Made by a program: the position numbers and the translations under genes. Shown here piece after piece: positions 10,796 through 21,756 of a DNA stretch of 43,662 bases (position 1 is its first letter; each line of letters opens with the position of its first letter). The notes below the pieces were generated by a model. The model did not search any database and had not been told where the DNA came from. It saw nothing but the letters and a program-made list of their open reading frames with translations. The stretch spans positions 1-43,662 of the forward strand of contig JWZX01002781.1 in assembly GCA_001275005.1 (NCBI GenBank), read 5' to 3'. Origin of the DNA: Chrysochromulina tobinii. Its lineage: Eukaryota.

Positions 10796-11551
10796 TCAAG
10801 GGACAGGCATTCGTAGAGCTCGTCGAGCACGCTCGGCCTTGAGGCTTTCGAGACGACTCGTCGAGCTCCTCGATAGCACAATGGCGCCACGCATCTGGAA
10901 TGCCCGTGGCGTGCCTGTGTCGCGAGCCGCGGCGCGCTGGGTGCTCCACACCCACGAAGAGCTCGTCGTGAGTTCGGGTGCACGCGTGCCAGGCGAGGCG
11001 CTCAGGGGCTCTAGCAGCTTCACCGAGGAAGACGCGCCACCACCCGCGCCCCTTGGCAGCAGCCTCCGCGACTCGCCTTGTGGCGCCGCCCGGGCCGCGT
11101 CGGCCTGGGAAGGCGTGAGCACCGGAGCATCGAGCGCGGGTAGTGAGCGAGCGGCTCGGCTGGCCTTGAGTGCTTCGACTTGGCGGTACGCCTCGATCCA
11201 CGCCAGGTCATCTAACTCTCCCTCTCTCCTCTCACCCTCAATCTTGTTCTGACTCATACGCCGTCCCGGCGGATTGCGCGCGGCGTACTCCTTCCGGATG
11301 CTGGCAATTCTGGTCACTTGACGATAGACGGCTTCCTCCTCGAGCCTGTGCCGAATAGGCAAACGCTGCTGCTCTTCGAGCAGGTCCCACCGCGGCGGCG
11401 GTACCACCGTGTGCAGCCCCTTGGCGCGGGCCCGCTTGACGCGCTCGCGTGCAGCCGCTTGGCGCAGCCGGTGATCCAAGTCTTTTCCGGGGGAAGTTTC
11501 GGCACTGGCGGGCGCTTCCTCCTCTGTCTCCTCTGCTGTCGCGACCGCCAT
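10796..11551 (-). CDS. Hypothetical charged/helical protein (about 251 aa from MAVATAEE)
   Basis: Protein-like charged helical composition after ATG 11551; divergent from the cyclin gene; 3' end uncertain. Confidence 0.5.
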   Translation of the reverse strand: MAVATAEETEEEAPASAETSPGKDLDHRLRQAAARERVKRARAKGLHTVVPPPRWDLLEEQQRLPIRHRLEEEAVYRQVTRIASIRKEYAARNPPGRRMSQNKIEGERREGELDDLAWIEAYRQVEALKASRAARSLPALDAPVLTPSQADAARAAPQGESRRLLPRGAGGGASSSVKLLEPLSASPGTRAPELTTSSSWVWSTQRAAARDTGTPRAFQMRGAIVLSRSSTSRLESLKAERARRALRMPVP

Positions 11552-11786
11552 GAGCGTTTCTAGAAAGGCACAACATGTGGAAAAGGCTTTCGCATGTTTG
11601 CTGCACTTGCATGCGTAACTTCGGCCTTGCCCATACAGGTACACGGCTCGCATGTAGTTTGCTTGTGGGTAACTTTCCGTGCAGCATGCATCGCTTTTGC
11701 AGCGCGAATCTTGGTATTCACGAAGTTCTTGCAGTGGCTGCGCGCGCGCGCGCGCGCTGCCATACATCAGCCGCGCCGCCGAGTAC

Positions 11787-13046
11787 ATGCCTCAAGCTAT
11801 GCGCGCTATCGACGAGGACATCGCCCGCGCGCACTATCTGCGCGACCAGGCCACACTCAGGGCCCTGGAGGGCATTTACGGCACAGATGATGTTGCCACA
11901 TTCGAGCGTCGTGAGTATCTGCTTCGCATCATGCGACAGGATTGCGAGGATGCCATATGGAAGAGGCTCACGCGCGTTGTTCGTACCGAGGATCAAGCCA
12001 AGAGCGTCGAGAAGGGCGTGCAGGACGTGAAGAGACTGGCTGATGAAAGCGCCCGCTCCGGCCTCGTTCTGTTCGACAAATTCCTTGCCCGTCGTAAATG
12101 CTCGATGTGCCCTGAGCACGAGGAGGAATATGCCGAGCTTTGCGCGAATGTGATCATCAAGTTTGAGACCCGGGATCTAGAGCATCGGTTTCTCACTCTT
12201 CGTCAACGAGTCCGCGAATACGAGATCATCCAAACCTGCGGCTGGGACATTGTGATCCGCACGCCAGACAGTGAGATCGAGCGGCTGCTTGCTGAGTCCC
12301 ACCTGATCCTGACCGAGCCCCTGCACGCTCGCATCTGGTCGAGCAGCCTCGCGTTTGCTAGAGAAGCGGTGCTCAACTTCTACATCTACCTCTCGCACAC
12401 GCGCACGACGATCGCAGTCGCTTCGATCTTGGCGGCGCTCCACTCACTCGCCGCCCGGCACCCCAATCTAGTCGACATCTGTCAGTCGCTGCAGTACGCG
12501 CGAGCCGAGGTCTCGAGGCGCCCCAACGGGCGTGCACCTGGCTCTGTGCACGCTCTGCCTTCTGTGCTGACCGGCCGCGTGCCTCTCCCTGCCCTGCACA
12601 GAATGGAGGAGACGGAAGGCGGCGCTGGGTCGTACGATCCCAGCGTGCTGCATGAACTCTTCCCTAAGTTAGGCGACGTGCCTCCGGGCGAGATGCTGTG
12701 CCACGCGTCGATCACCAACGCGGCCACCATCCTCTCGTCCAACTCGTTCGAGGGCTGGGTACGCAGCGACACTTCGCCGCCAGCCTCACACACGGCCCCA
12801 AGGATGACGTCGCCGCCGCCCAAGAGGCTCAAAACCGAGGCGAAGGCGGCGGCCGAGGCCAGTCCGGCGTTGCTGCAGTTCTACGTCGAGGACGAGGACG
12901 AGGACGAGACGGGGTGGCTAGACGAGAGCGACGACGAGGTCGTGCCGTCAAGCCTGCCGTCATGGCTGCCGTCTCCGTGCACGCCCGAAAACGCCGACGA
13001 GGCCATGTACCACGAGGCCATGCGCTACGCCAACGGAAACGAGTGA
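11787..13046 (+). CDS. Divergent cyclin-fold protein
   Basis: Cyclin-box pattern GLVLFDKFL...LCANVIIKFE...REYEIIQTCGWDIVIRTP, then second-box-like TIAVASILAAL; PEST/acidic tail and basic PPKRLK. Confidence 0.7.
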   Translation: MPQAMRAIDEDIARAHYLRDQATLRALEGIYGTDDVATFERREYLLRIMRQDCEDAIWKRLTRVVRTEDQAKSVEKGVQDVKRLADESARSGLVLFDKFLARRKCSMCPEHEEEYAELCANVIIKFETRDLEHRFLTLRQRVREYEIIQTCGWDIVIRTPDSEIERLLAESHLILTEPLHARIWSSSLAFAREAVLNFYIYLSHTRTTIAVASILAALHSLAARHPNLVDICQSLQYARAEVSRRPNGRAPGSVHALPSVLTGRVPLPALHRMEETEGGAGSYDPSVLHELFPKLGDVPPGEMLCHASITNAATILSSNSFEGWVRSDTSPPASHTAPRMTSPPPKRLKTEAKAAAEASPALLQFYVEDEDEDETGWLDESDDEVVPSSLPSWLPSPCTPENADEAMYHEAMRYANGNE

Positions 13047-13624
13047 GGTTGCTGCGTGACGAAGCATAGCGTAGTTCAGCGCAAGGCAGCATAGACCCAG
13101 CTTCTCTGTCTCACGCCGCTCGTGTCCGAAAGAAGTGGCTCCGATCTCTCGGTTCGGGGGCGAGACGACAGACGAAAGCGCTTGTGCTCGTGAGAGAGCT
13201 TCAGCTCATCCTCTCGGCTCGCACGGCATCCGGCTCGGCTTCCGGGAGTAGTCGATGTGTGTCGCATGCGGTGTGCGTGGAGGTTTTCGCTGGAGCGCGT
13301 TGAACTCGACGTCTAGAACCGCTGCTGCAGGCCGGCCGGGCTCTACCTCCGCACCGCGCACCAGACAAAATGTCTCGTCCCCGGCCTGCGGCGATTCGAA
13401 TAAGAAAATTCGATTGAAAACGAACGTACCGTACGCTACGGATCGACCGCGGGTACGGATCCGATCATGTCGACGACGAGGCGTGCGAACAACTGCCCTG
13501 CGCATTACAAACTCTCGCCCGTCCCGTTGCGTTGCCACCGGAGATCAACAGATCATTCAACAGCCCGCATGCCAGCAGCAGCAGCTCACAGGGCGCCATT
13601 TCGACACAGCTCGGCGGTCACTCG

Positions 13625-15015
13625 TCACTGACGACTGACCTCATCTACCGTACTTCTACATAAGAATCGCACCCGTCGGACGTCGAGCACCACGCCATGT
13701 GCTCGAGCAGCCTCGGCGAGCGTCGCGGGCGGCAGCGCGGCTGGATGCATGTGCGCCAGCCGACACAGCGCGCGCCGCCGCGCCGCCGCCGCCGCCACCG
13801 TGTCTTGGCTGCCGTCGACACTCTGCGCACGCGTCCATAGCTCGTCTGATGAAGGCACGCCACCGGCAGCCTCCGTGGCGGCCATTGTAGCTGCGTCCTC
13901 TGCGCCAAGCGCCGTTCCGAGCGCCTCGCGTGCACTCACGTCGCCCTCGAGGAGGCGACGGAGATGCGCAATCTCCCGCTCGAGCCCCCCAAAGGTGGCG
14001 CCGTGGTGGTCACCAGTGTCCGGGAGAGACCCTGACTTGGGAGCGCGCCTCGCCGCTGCACCCGCCGGCCCACGCCCGCCAAAGCCCCGAGGTTTGTGTG
14101 GCGCGGCAGCCGCTGCCTCCGCCATCGCCCGGCTGAGGGTAGCATCTGCCTTGTCGACGAGCGCCCTCAGCTCGTCGTCCGCGTCGCCACGGCGCGCGAG
14201 CACTCGGGCCAAGGCCAGCTGCACCTCCACGAGCTGCACCTCCACGAGCTGCACGAGGGCGGTCAGCTGGCCTCCGGCACCGACCGCAAGGCCGCCCGGG
14301 ACGACGTCCAACGGCCCGCCCGTCGGCCCGTCGTTCACAACGCCGTCGTCATTCACAGCGCGCGTCGGCCCGGTCGTCGGCCCCATGTGAGCGTCGGCGA
14401 GGGCCGTGGCTTCGTGTGCCGCGCTCAGCACATCGCTCATCACAGCGGCCTGCCTCAGCGCCGTGGCCGCGCGCAGCCGGAGCTCGGCTTGTGGGAGCTG
14501 CCCCCAGATGGTGTGAATGGTGCCGAGGCATGCGAAGCCATCCGCACGCCACGGCGCACGGTTGACCAGCCTCGCCGCGGCACAGAAGGCCACGTGACGC
14601 TTCCCCACAGCGAGGGCAGCTCTCGCGAGATCGCCCAGACCGTCGACGGTGACGCGCAGCTCCACAGAGCGGGAGACCATGGCAAAGACGGCCTCGGGCG
14701 AGGCGGCGGCGCGAGTGGCCAAGGGCGTGGCAGCCGAGAAGGTCGACCAACGAGGTGACGAAACCTCCGAAGCACTGGGTGACGAAGCACTGGGTGACGA
14801 AACACTGGGTGCGACGCTCACGCCCGAGCTCGGCCCTGTGACGAAACTCGGCCCAGGCCCTGTGACGAAACACTGCCCTGCGCCGCCGCCGAGGCGCATG
14901 CGCGTCTGCTGCTGCCTGGCGACGGATGCGCGAGCGAGGCCAAGCCAGGCAACATGGGCGCCGAGATGGGCGGCAAGTCCACACGCGCTCGCGACGCGCC
15001 CGACGCCGGCCCCAC

Positions 15016-15052
<37 letters not shown>

Positions 15053-17339
15053 CGCACCGAGCTGCAGTGCCTGACTGTAGGCGGCCTCCGCCACCGTCGC
15101 CTCCCCACGCGCCATCGCGAGCTCCGCGTAGATGAGCATCGCGCTGGGCGCCGTCCCGGGCTCCGCGGCGGCCGCCGCCGCGAGCGCGTGTTGAGCGAGG
15201 GCCGCGGCGCCGCGCCGCGCCGCATCGGCGCCCAGCAAGAGCCAGCTGCTCGCACGTTGAGCGCTGCGCTGGGCGCGGCTCACGCCGACGGCGCCGTCGC
15301 GAGCACCGGTCGGCGCCTGTGAGTTCCGAATGAGCATCTTGAGGATCGACCTCCCGCACGAGGCGACCGGTGCTTGCGACGGCGGCGCGGCCGGAGCCGG
15401 CAGGGGCGCGCGGGCGCCCAGTACGGCGCTGGGCAGGCTGGCGCCCATCACGGCGCTAGCCAGGCGCCCATCTTGGCGCGCCTCCGAGGCGAGCAGCGGC
15501 GGCAGTGTGGTACATTCGCGTCCGAGGACGCACCATGCCTCCCAGTCGCACGGGTGGGCATGGACGAGCGCGCAGGCTGCTCGGCGCCGCGCGTGTGCAG
15601 TCGCCCGCACAGCGGCGAGCGCAGCGGCGGCCTCTACTACGACGGCGTCCGCCGGACCTGTGGCGGGCGATGTGCAGTGCTGCATTCCTGTGGCGGTGGC
15701 GGCGGCATTCCTAATAAGGGAGTCATCTGGGTCGGCGTTCCTAATCAGGGAGTCATCTGGGTCGGCGTTCCTAATCAGGGTGATGACGATGAGCCGCTGA
15801 GCCATGGGCGGCAGCTCTGCACTCGCCTCGAGCACCCCGAGCTGCAGCCAGTGCAGCTCCCTAGACGGGTGCACGCTGGCCGCGCGCGCGCGCCGCAGCA
15901 GCCGGGCCGCCGCCGCGAGCTCGAGCGCCGATCGCCCCACATCTCCCGACGCGAGGTTGAATCTCGCCTCGACCACGTGCGTGCGGGCGCGGCCCTCGAG
16001 AGCGGTTACGCAGCCGGGACACGCACGCACGGCCGTGGCGTACAGCGCCGCCGCCTCCGTGCACATGCCTTGCGCCTCCTCATCACCACCGTCGCGCCCG
16101 TCGTCGCGTGTGCCCGCCTCGCGCGCCGTGCTGAGCACCATCAAGAGGCTCCCAAGCCGGCAATGGAGGAGCGACCAGGCTGCGTCTGCTATCGGTGGCG
16201 GCGCGGCAGAGGCCGCGAGCAGCGCCTGCGTCTGGCGCGGGTCCGCAGGCCACGCGGTAGTGACGAATCCCAAGCGGAGAGGCGGCGCTGGTGGCGGCGC
16301 CGGCGCTGGCGGTGACGGCTGCTGCGACGGGGCGTTGTGTTGAGCGTCATCTGCTGCTGGCTGGGCGGCGGGTGACGTGGCAGCGGGTGACGTGGCAGCG
16401 GGTGACGTGGCAGCGGGTGACGTGGCGGCGGGTGACGTGTCAGCGGTCTTGATGGTCATATGTGCCTCGCGTCGTTGGCCGCACAGCCGCAGTAGCTCCC
16501 GTAGGCACCCGACCGCCGCCGCCGGCCGCCCTTGCAGCTCATACGCCACCGAGAGACCTTCCCAAGCCACCAGCGTTGCGTCCGATGCGTCACCGGGCAG
16601 AGCGCTGTCCCGGGCGTTGCGGAAGCGGGCGGCAGCAGAGCGGATGGTCGCCTGGCGCTCACCATGGCGCTCACGGTCGCGCGGGCCCGCCGTCGGTCGC
16701 TCCTCCTCGGACCCGTCGGTGGCGCGAGCGCACCCTGCCACGGGCATGTTCACACCTGCCAACTCGTGCGCTCCAAGCAGCGCGTCTGCCCATGGCGCCT
16801 CACCCGCTGCCACGCGAGAGAGCAACTCGACGCAGGCCGCTCGGGTCGACGCGGCTGACGTGGCGTCGTCGAGCCAGTCGCGAAGCGCGCGCGCCAATCT
16901 GCTCTGCGGGTATGCCGCGGCAAGGCGCTGCACGAGCGAGGCTGCCGACACGCCTTCGTACTCAGTGCGAAGGAGCTCGACCACCGTCAGCAGCTCAAGG
17001 GCTTCGCACGACGTCATGCATGCGGCCAACGCTGCGTCGGCATCGATTGAGCTCAGCGTACGAACGGCTGCGCGCAACGGTCCGGGGGGGCCTTGTACAG
17101 CGGCAAGCTCGATGAGGCCCTGCAGCGCCGGCGGCTCCAGCGGTCGAAGCCGCACTGGCCGAGCGGTAAGCACTTGCCGCCTCCGCGCGGCGGCCGAGCT
17201 GCTTGCAGATGTGAGCTTCGAGGAGACTGAGGTGGTACGCCGACGGATGGCGCACGGTGAGCCTACGAATCAGCGTGAGGCTCGACTGCAAGTTGCCGTC
17301 GGCCACGGCGCTGCGGCAAGCCTCGAGCACGTCAGCCAT
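13625..17339 (-). CDS. Large TPR protein, Ski3/TTC37-like; needs a 1-nt frame correction at about 17156
   Basis: N-terminal TPR frame (17339-17157) plus the 1182-aa frame join as AYRSAVRLRPLEPPALQGL, resembling the Ski3/TTC37 N-terminal TPR; further TPR-like units such as AEAAYSQALQL and AARLVNRAPWRADGFACLG. Confidence 0.6.
15703..15780 (-). repeat. In-frame 30-bp tandem repeat (LIRNADPDDS x about 2.5)
   Basis: Direct repeats visible in DNA and translation. Confidence 0.85.
16365..16439 (-). repeat. In-frame 15-bp tandem repeat (TSPAA x5)
   Basis: GCGGGTGACGTGGC(A/G) units on the plus strand. Confidence 0.85.
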
Positions 17340-17450
17340 GGGAAAAGGTAAAGCGCCGTACCGGCATCGAAGAAAATGTAGAAAATTGGCGTTCAGGCGG
17401 GGAGTCCAGGGAGGGCCCAGTGCACGCGAAACGTGTGGTGTGAATTCATA

Positions 17451-18401
17451 ATGAACGCTGGCATGATAGGCGAAGACCCGACTGCCTCGCTGCCGCGCTC
17501 GGTATCGTCATCGCGCGTGGGTGAGGTCGCCGAGGTGCTTGAATCGGAGACGCATGTCGACATGGAGAAGCTGCTGTCGCTGGCTCACCAGGGCGTGCCG
17601 GACGAGCTGCGTGCAGAGGCGTGGAAGTACATGCTTGGCGTGTCGCGGTCCGAGCGCGCAGAGGAGATGTCGCTGCGCAAGAGCATGGAGACCGATTACA
17701 AGGAGAATGAGAACGCATGGCGCTCGCGGCCGCACGGCGAGCTTGCGCGCGCCGTCAAGGCCGCGGTGTTGCCGCATCGGCAGGCGCTGAGCCATAAGGA
17801 CGACGCGGCGATGAGCGTGCAACTGTACGCGCGCCTCGAGACGCTGCTCTGCTGCTACCTGCACGCGCAGGGCGAGCATGGCGAGGAGCTGCGCGCTGGC
17901 ACGGTCCAACTGCTTTTGCCCTTTGTGCACATCTACTCGTCCGACGTCGACGCGTACTACTGCTTCGCCGAGTTGATGAAGCGCTTGGAGTGGGCTCTCA
18001 CGTTTGACGGCTGTAAGCAGATGACGGTGGCGTTCATGACGCTGCTGCGGCACATGCTCCCCGAGCTCTACTCATTCCTCGAGGAGGAGCAGAGCTGCGG
18101 CGGCGCGTGGCTCGCCTCATGGCTGCAATTCTTCCTCGCGCGTGACCTGCCCCTCCCGTGCCTGCTCCGCCTGTGGGACACGTACTTTGCGTATGACGCG
18201 TCGTACGGGCGCGAGGCGACGCTGCAGCTGCACATCTACGTGTGCCTCGCCATCCTCGAGGCGTGCGACGACGAGATCATGGAGCTCGACGACTCCGACA
18301 TGCTCTGGTACCTGACGCACCTGCCCTCGCTCGACATGGGCAAGATCGTGCTGCACGCGCTGAACATCAAGGACGACGTGATTGCGAGCAGCATCTTGTG
18401 A
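17451..18401 (+). CDS. TBC (Rab-GAP fold) domain protein with degenerate catalytic motifs
   Basis: GVPDELRAEAWKYMLG, DAYYCFAELM, LPELYSFL, WLQFFLARDLPLPCLLRLWDTYF, HIYVCLAIL. Confidence 0.88.
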   Translation: MNAGMIGEDPTASLPRSVSSSRVGEVAEVLESETHVDMEKLLSLAHQGVPDELRAEAWKYMLGVSRSERAEEMSLRKSMETDYKENENAWRSRPHGELARAVKAAVLPHRQALSHKDDAAMSVQLYARLETLLCCYLHAQGEHGEELRAGTVQLLLPFVHIYSSDVDAYYCFAELMKRLEWALTFDGCKQMTVAFMTLLRHMLPELYSFLEEEQSCGGAWLASWLQFFLARDLPLPCLLRLWDTYFAYDASYGREATLQLHIYVCLAILEACDDEIMELDDSDMLWYLTHLPSLDMGKIVLHALNIKDDVIASSIL

Positions 18402-18548
18402 GTAAGTAGGAATGCAGCGCGAAAATTGTTTGCGCCCTCCCCACACTCTCGACTTCGTCCTCCAAACTTGATGAAAACATCTGAAAACGCGGACCTTCTT
18501 TTTGGCATCAAAGGGTAAGCCGACAGGCTGCCGTCAAGTCGTGCTGGC

Positions 18549-21500
18549 ATGTTCAAGTGGGTAAGTCCGCGCTTTTCTGGCGTACGGCACACCACGCCGG
18601 CCAAAAAGTCGGCAGCAAAGGGGCCGCACTTTGGCAATGACGGCGAGCCTTACCTGGAGGGCAAGAAGCTACTCTTTGGCTACTCCCTTAGCGACGAGGT
18701 GGAGGCGGGCATGGTGCCGCTGGCGCTGATGCCGCCGCCGGGGACATTTTCGCCGGTGATGGCGCCCGAGGAGGTGGAGCCTGATGAAGGCGAGCTGCGG
18801 CGCCGCTCGGTCCAGGCTCGCATGGACGCTGCCGGCTACAGCGTGTTGCCTCGCGTGCCCTCGGACGGGGCGGCGGGGCTGATGGCCATAACCGCCGGCC
18901 TGGGCATCGCGCCCATCGCCGCCGCCGCCGCCGCCGCCGCGCAGCTCAGCTTCGCTGCCATCGGCATCTCCGCCGTGCTCGCCGGCGGCGGCACGGCGGC
19001 GGCCGTGTGCAGCCAGGCGCCTGAGCCGTACACGGCCTACAAGAACCGGTTGTCCACGACACCGGCAGCGGAGCTGCTCCCGTACGTGTGCTGCCTGGGC
19101 GGCGAGAGCATCCGCCGGAGGGCGCTGCGCCTGCGCGTGCTGACGCGCACCGCCCACACCCTCGAGCTGCTGATGGGCGTCGCCGCGCTCGGCCTTGCAA
19201 TCGATCTCTACATGGCAGTTCCGTTCGGCTTCTCGCGCTATTACCCATTCATCACGGTGGGTGACCCGTCGTACGGCGCGCAGGCGTCGCCCCTCGCCGC
19301 CAGCTATGAGCTGCTCATCGCGCTCGTGTGCCTCGGCTCCTTCCGCCGATGGCTCTCGACGGCGCCTTATGATCGGCTTCGTCAGATGTGGACGGGAGAG
19401 GCCTACGGCCGATTGGCGGACGCGCCGATGACGTACGAAGAGTTTCTCGCGAAGAACCAGCCCAAGCTGGGTCTCGAGGAGAAGCCCTGCCTCGCGCGCG
19501 TGGGCGAGGCCTTCGAGGAGGCCTTCGAAGAGCTCTCCGACATTTTGCTGCGCCGCGTCTTCGGCTCGAAAACCGTCGAGGAGCTCTCCGTCTATCTGGG
19601 GCGCCTCCACATGTGCTTCGGCCGCTGCCTCGGCGCCACCGGCCGATGGCAACCGATCCCCCCGGAGCTCGCGAACTCGCGCGACCCGCTCTGGAACACG
19701 CCGAGCTTCGTGAGTGACCTGTGGTTCGAATTCGGCGTCAACGTGCGCGCGCAGCCGCTCAAGTGCCTCGTCGCTCTGGCATGCTTCACGCTCGCGGCCG
19801 ACGCAGTGCTCGTGTACCGGCACGTGGTGCCCCCTCATTCGATTGAGATCTCTCACGAGCTCTTCGGTTCGGTGATCATCTCGGGCGGCTCGCCGCTCCA
19901 GGGCGTCGACATGAACCGCCTGTGGCTCTCTACGTACGGCCTCTTTTTCACCTCGTTCCTTGTGCTGCTCTCTACCCACAGAGCCTTTCGGAAGATCGTG
20001 CGCCCCCTCGAGTTCGAGGATTGCGAACGTGCCGAGTCCGAGAGGATAGAGGAGCGCACGGCGAAGCGCACCGCGCGCCAGCACCGCACGCACATGAGCT
20101 GGCTGCTGGCTGCGTCGTATGAGTCGCCCGATGAGTGCCGCCATCTAGTCGGGGAGATCGACGAGGCGATTAAGCAGGCCACGGCCTTCCGGTCGACGCT
20201 GCCATTCCCGAATGAGCCTCCGAAGCTCACGTACTACGACGAGGATCCCGAGTTTGGGTGGAAGCTGCTGCCGCCGCCCGCCGAGGACCTGGCTGCGTAC
20301 CTGCCGATCGAGTTCACGCGCCCGCTCTCGCCCCCCGGGCGCCAGCCTGACTTTGGCTCGCCGCCGCCCTCGCCGCCGCCCTCGCCTCCGTCGGTGATGA
20401 AGACCCATACGAAGACAAAGTTCTCGCGGCCCACAAGTCTGGTGCTGCGCCCCTCGTGGTGCCTCGCTTTCGACAAGGCGATCCAGGCCGCTGTCGAAGG
20501 CCTCAAGGCGATCCGCGTGCAGCTCGTCGCGCTCGAGCGCGTCGAGGCGATTGCCAATATGGAGGAGCCCAATGTGGATGAGTTGCAGATCGCCCTCCGT
20601 GTCGCGGCGTCCATCCTCGTGCCAGCGCACGCCCTCGAGCTCGCGACTAGGCCGCGTGGGGCGCCCGACAGCAATCTCGTGACGTTTGTCGCGGAACCGC
20701 CCGACATGGCACCGAGCGTCCTCGAAACCGTTAGCAGCTCGATGGGGAGTGCAATCGCCGGCGCGGGCAGCTGGGTGAGCGGTCTCGGCAGCGCGATTGG
20801 CGAGTCCATGGGGAAGGGCATAGGCGAGTACGTGGAGAGCCGGAGGCGGGAAGAGGCCGCTCGCGAGCGCATCCTCACGGAAACAGCCAAGGACCTCCTC
20901 GAGGTTAGTGTGGCGGGGCTGCGTCAGGCGCTCGCGGACGCCGAGGGTGTGCTCTCGGCGTCTGAGCTCCTCGGGCACCGTGAGAAGTGCGATCAGGCCG
21001 AGAAGGCGCAAGCAACGCTCAAGGCCGCCATGGAGCTTGTCGAGGGGCACGTACTGCTCATTGACCCGGCGGCGATCAGGGCAGCGGTGGCGGCCTGCAA
21101 GGACGCCGGCATCGACGAGAGGGCGCTCGCTTTTCTGGTCGCCTTCGCGGCGGACGCCGCGGAGGCGCAGACCAACGATCCAGTGATGAGGGCCCTCAAG
21201 GCATGCACCGCGCCGCCGGACTTGATGCAGATCGACGTGTCCAAGCTGCGCCGTGCCCTGGGCGAGGCCAAGGCCGCGGGCATCCCCGACGCTCTCATCG
21301 CGCGCTATGAGGCCACGCTGCTCGAGGCTGAACAGCTCCAGGTCGCATCTAGCGGCCCGGATACGAACGCGGCCGCGACGAAGGTGCAAGCCGCCATGCG
21401 GGGCAAGTCGGTACGGTCCGCGCGCGAGAAGAAGGCACCTGCGGCGCTACCTGCGGCACCAGCTGCGGCGGCGGCGCCGAGGAGCAAGCCTGCCGTTACT

Positions 21501-21689
21501 GGCCAGCGCTTTGCCATCGGCTGCGATGTGTACGTGAAACGGAGCAACGGAGAGGAGAGCATCGCCTTTGTGATGGAGTACGATGCGGCGAATAAGGCGT
21601 ACATGGTGGAGCTTGAGGCGGCTGGCTCTGGCCAGATCAAGCAGTGCCGAGAAGATATAATGCGAGAGGGGCCATCTGCCGCTGCCTAA
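18549..21689 (+). CDS. Multi-pass membrane protein with helical repeats, an IQ motif and a C-terminal small beta-barrel domain
   Basis: Several hydrophobic segments in the N-terminal half; IQ-like AATKVQAAMRGKSVR; terminal IGCDVYVKRSNG...YMVEL segment. Confidence 0.75.
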   Translation: MFKWVSPRFSGVRHTTPAKKSAAKGPHFGNDGEPYLEGKKLLFGYSLSDEVEAGMVPLALMPPPGTFSPVMAPEEVEPDEGELRRRSVQARMDAAGYSVLPRVPSDGAAGLMAITAGLGIAPIAAAAAAAAQLSFAAIGISAVLAGGGTAAAVCSQAPEPYTAYKNRLSTTPAAELLPYVCCLGGESIRRRALRLRVLTRTAHTLELLMGVAALGLAIDLYMAVPFGFSRYYPFITVGDPSYGAQASPLAASYELLIALVCLGSFRRWLSTAPYDRLRQMWTGEAYGRLADAPMTYEEFLAKNQPKLGLEEKPCLARVGEAFEEAFEELSDILLRRVFGSKTVEELSVYLGRLHMCFGRCLGATGRWQPIPPELANSRDPLWNTPSFVSDLWFEFGVNVRAQPLKCLVALACFTLAADAVLVYRHVVPPHSIEISHELFGSVIISGGSPLQGVDMNRLWLSTYGLFFTSFLVLLSTHRAFRKIVRPLEFEDCERAESERIEERTAKRTARQHRTHMSWLLAASYESPDECRHLVGEIDEAIKQATAFRSTLPFPNEPPKLTYYDEDPEFGWKLLPPPAEDLAAYLPIEFTRPLSPPGRQPDFGSPPPSPPPSPPSVMKTHTKTKFSRPTSLVLRPSWCLAFDKAIQAAVEGLKAIRVQLVALERVEAIANMEEPNVDELQIALRVAASILVPAHALELATRPRGAPDSNLVTFVAEPPDMAPSVLETVSSSMGSAIAGAGSWVSGLGSAIGESMGKGIGEYVESRRREEAARERILTETAKDLLEVSVAGLRQALADAEGVLSASELLGHREKCDQAEKAQATLKAAMELVEGHVLLIDPAAIRAAVAACKDAGIDERALAFLVAFAADAAEAQTNDPVMRALKACTAPPDLMQIDVSKLRRALGEAKAAGIPDALIARYEATLLEAEQLQVASSGPDTNAAATKVQAAMRGKSVRSAREKKAPAALPAAPAAAAAPRSKPAVTGQRFAIGCDVYVKRSNGEESIAFVMEYDAANKAYMVELEAAGSGQIKQCREDIMREGPSAAA

Positions 21690-21756
21690 TGCTAATGCCA
21701 GAGGGGCCATCTGCCGCTGCCTAATTCTAATGCGAGAGGGGCCATCTGCCGCTGCC
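21658..21756 (+). repeat. 35-bp tandem triplication overlapping the stop codon
   Basis: TAATGC(G/C)AGAGGGGCCATCTGCCGCTGCC at 21658, 21693 and 21728. Confidence 0.9.

Noticed and set aside
11799..11813. MRAID as the cyclin MRAIL motif
   Set aside because: Too far upstream of the FDKFL helix to be cyclin-box helix 1
18669..21389. 491-aa and 414-aa minus-strand ORFs
   Set aside because: Antisense shadows of the 1046-aa gene with Arg-rich, non-protein-like composition
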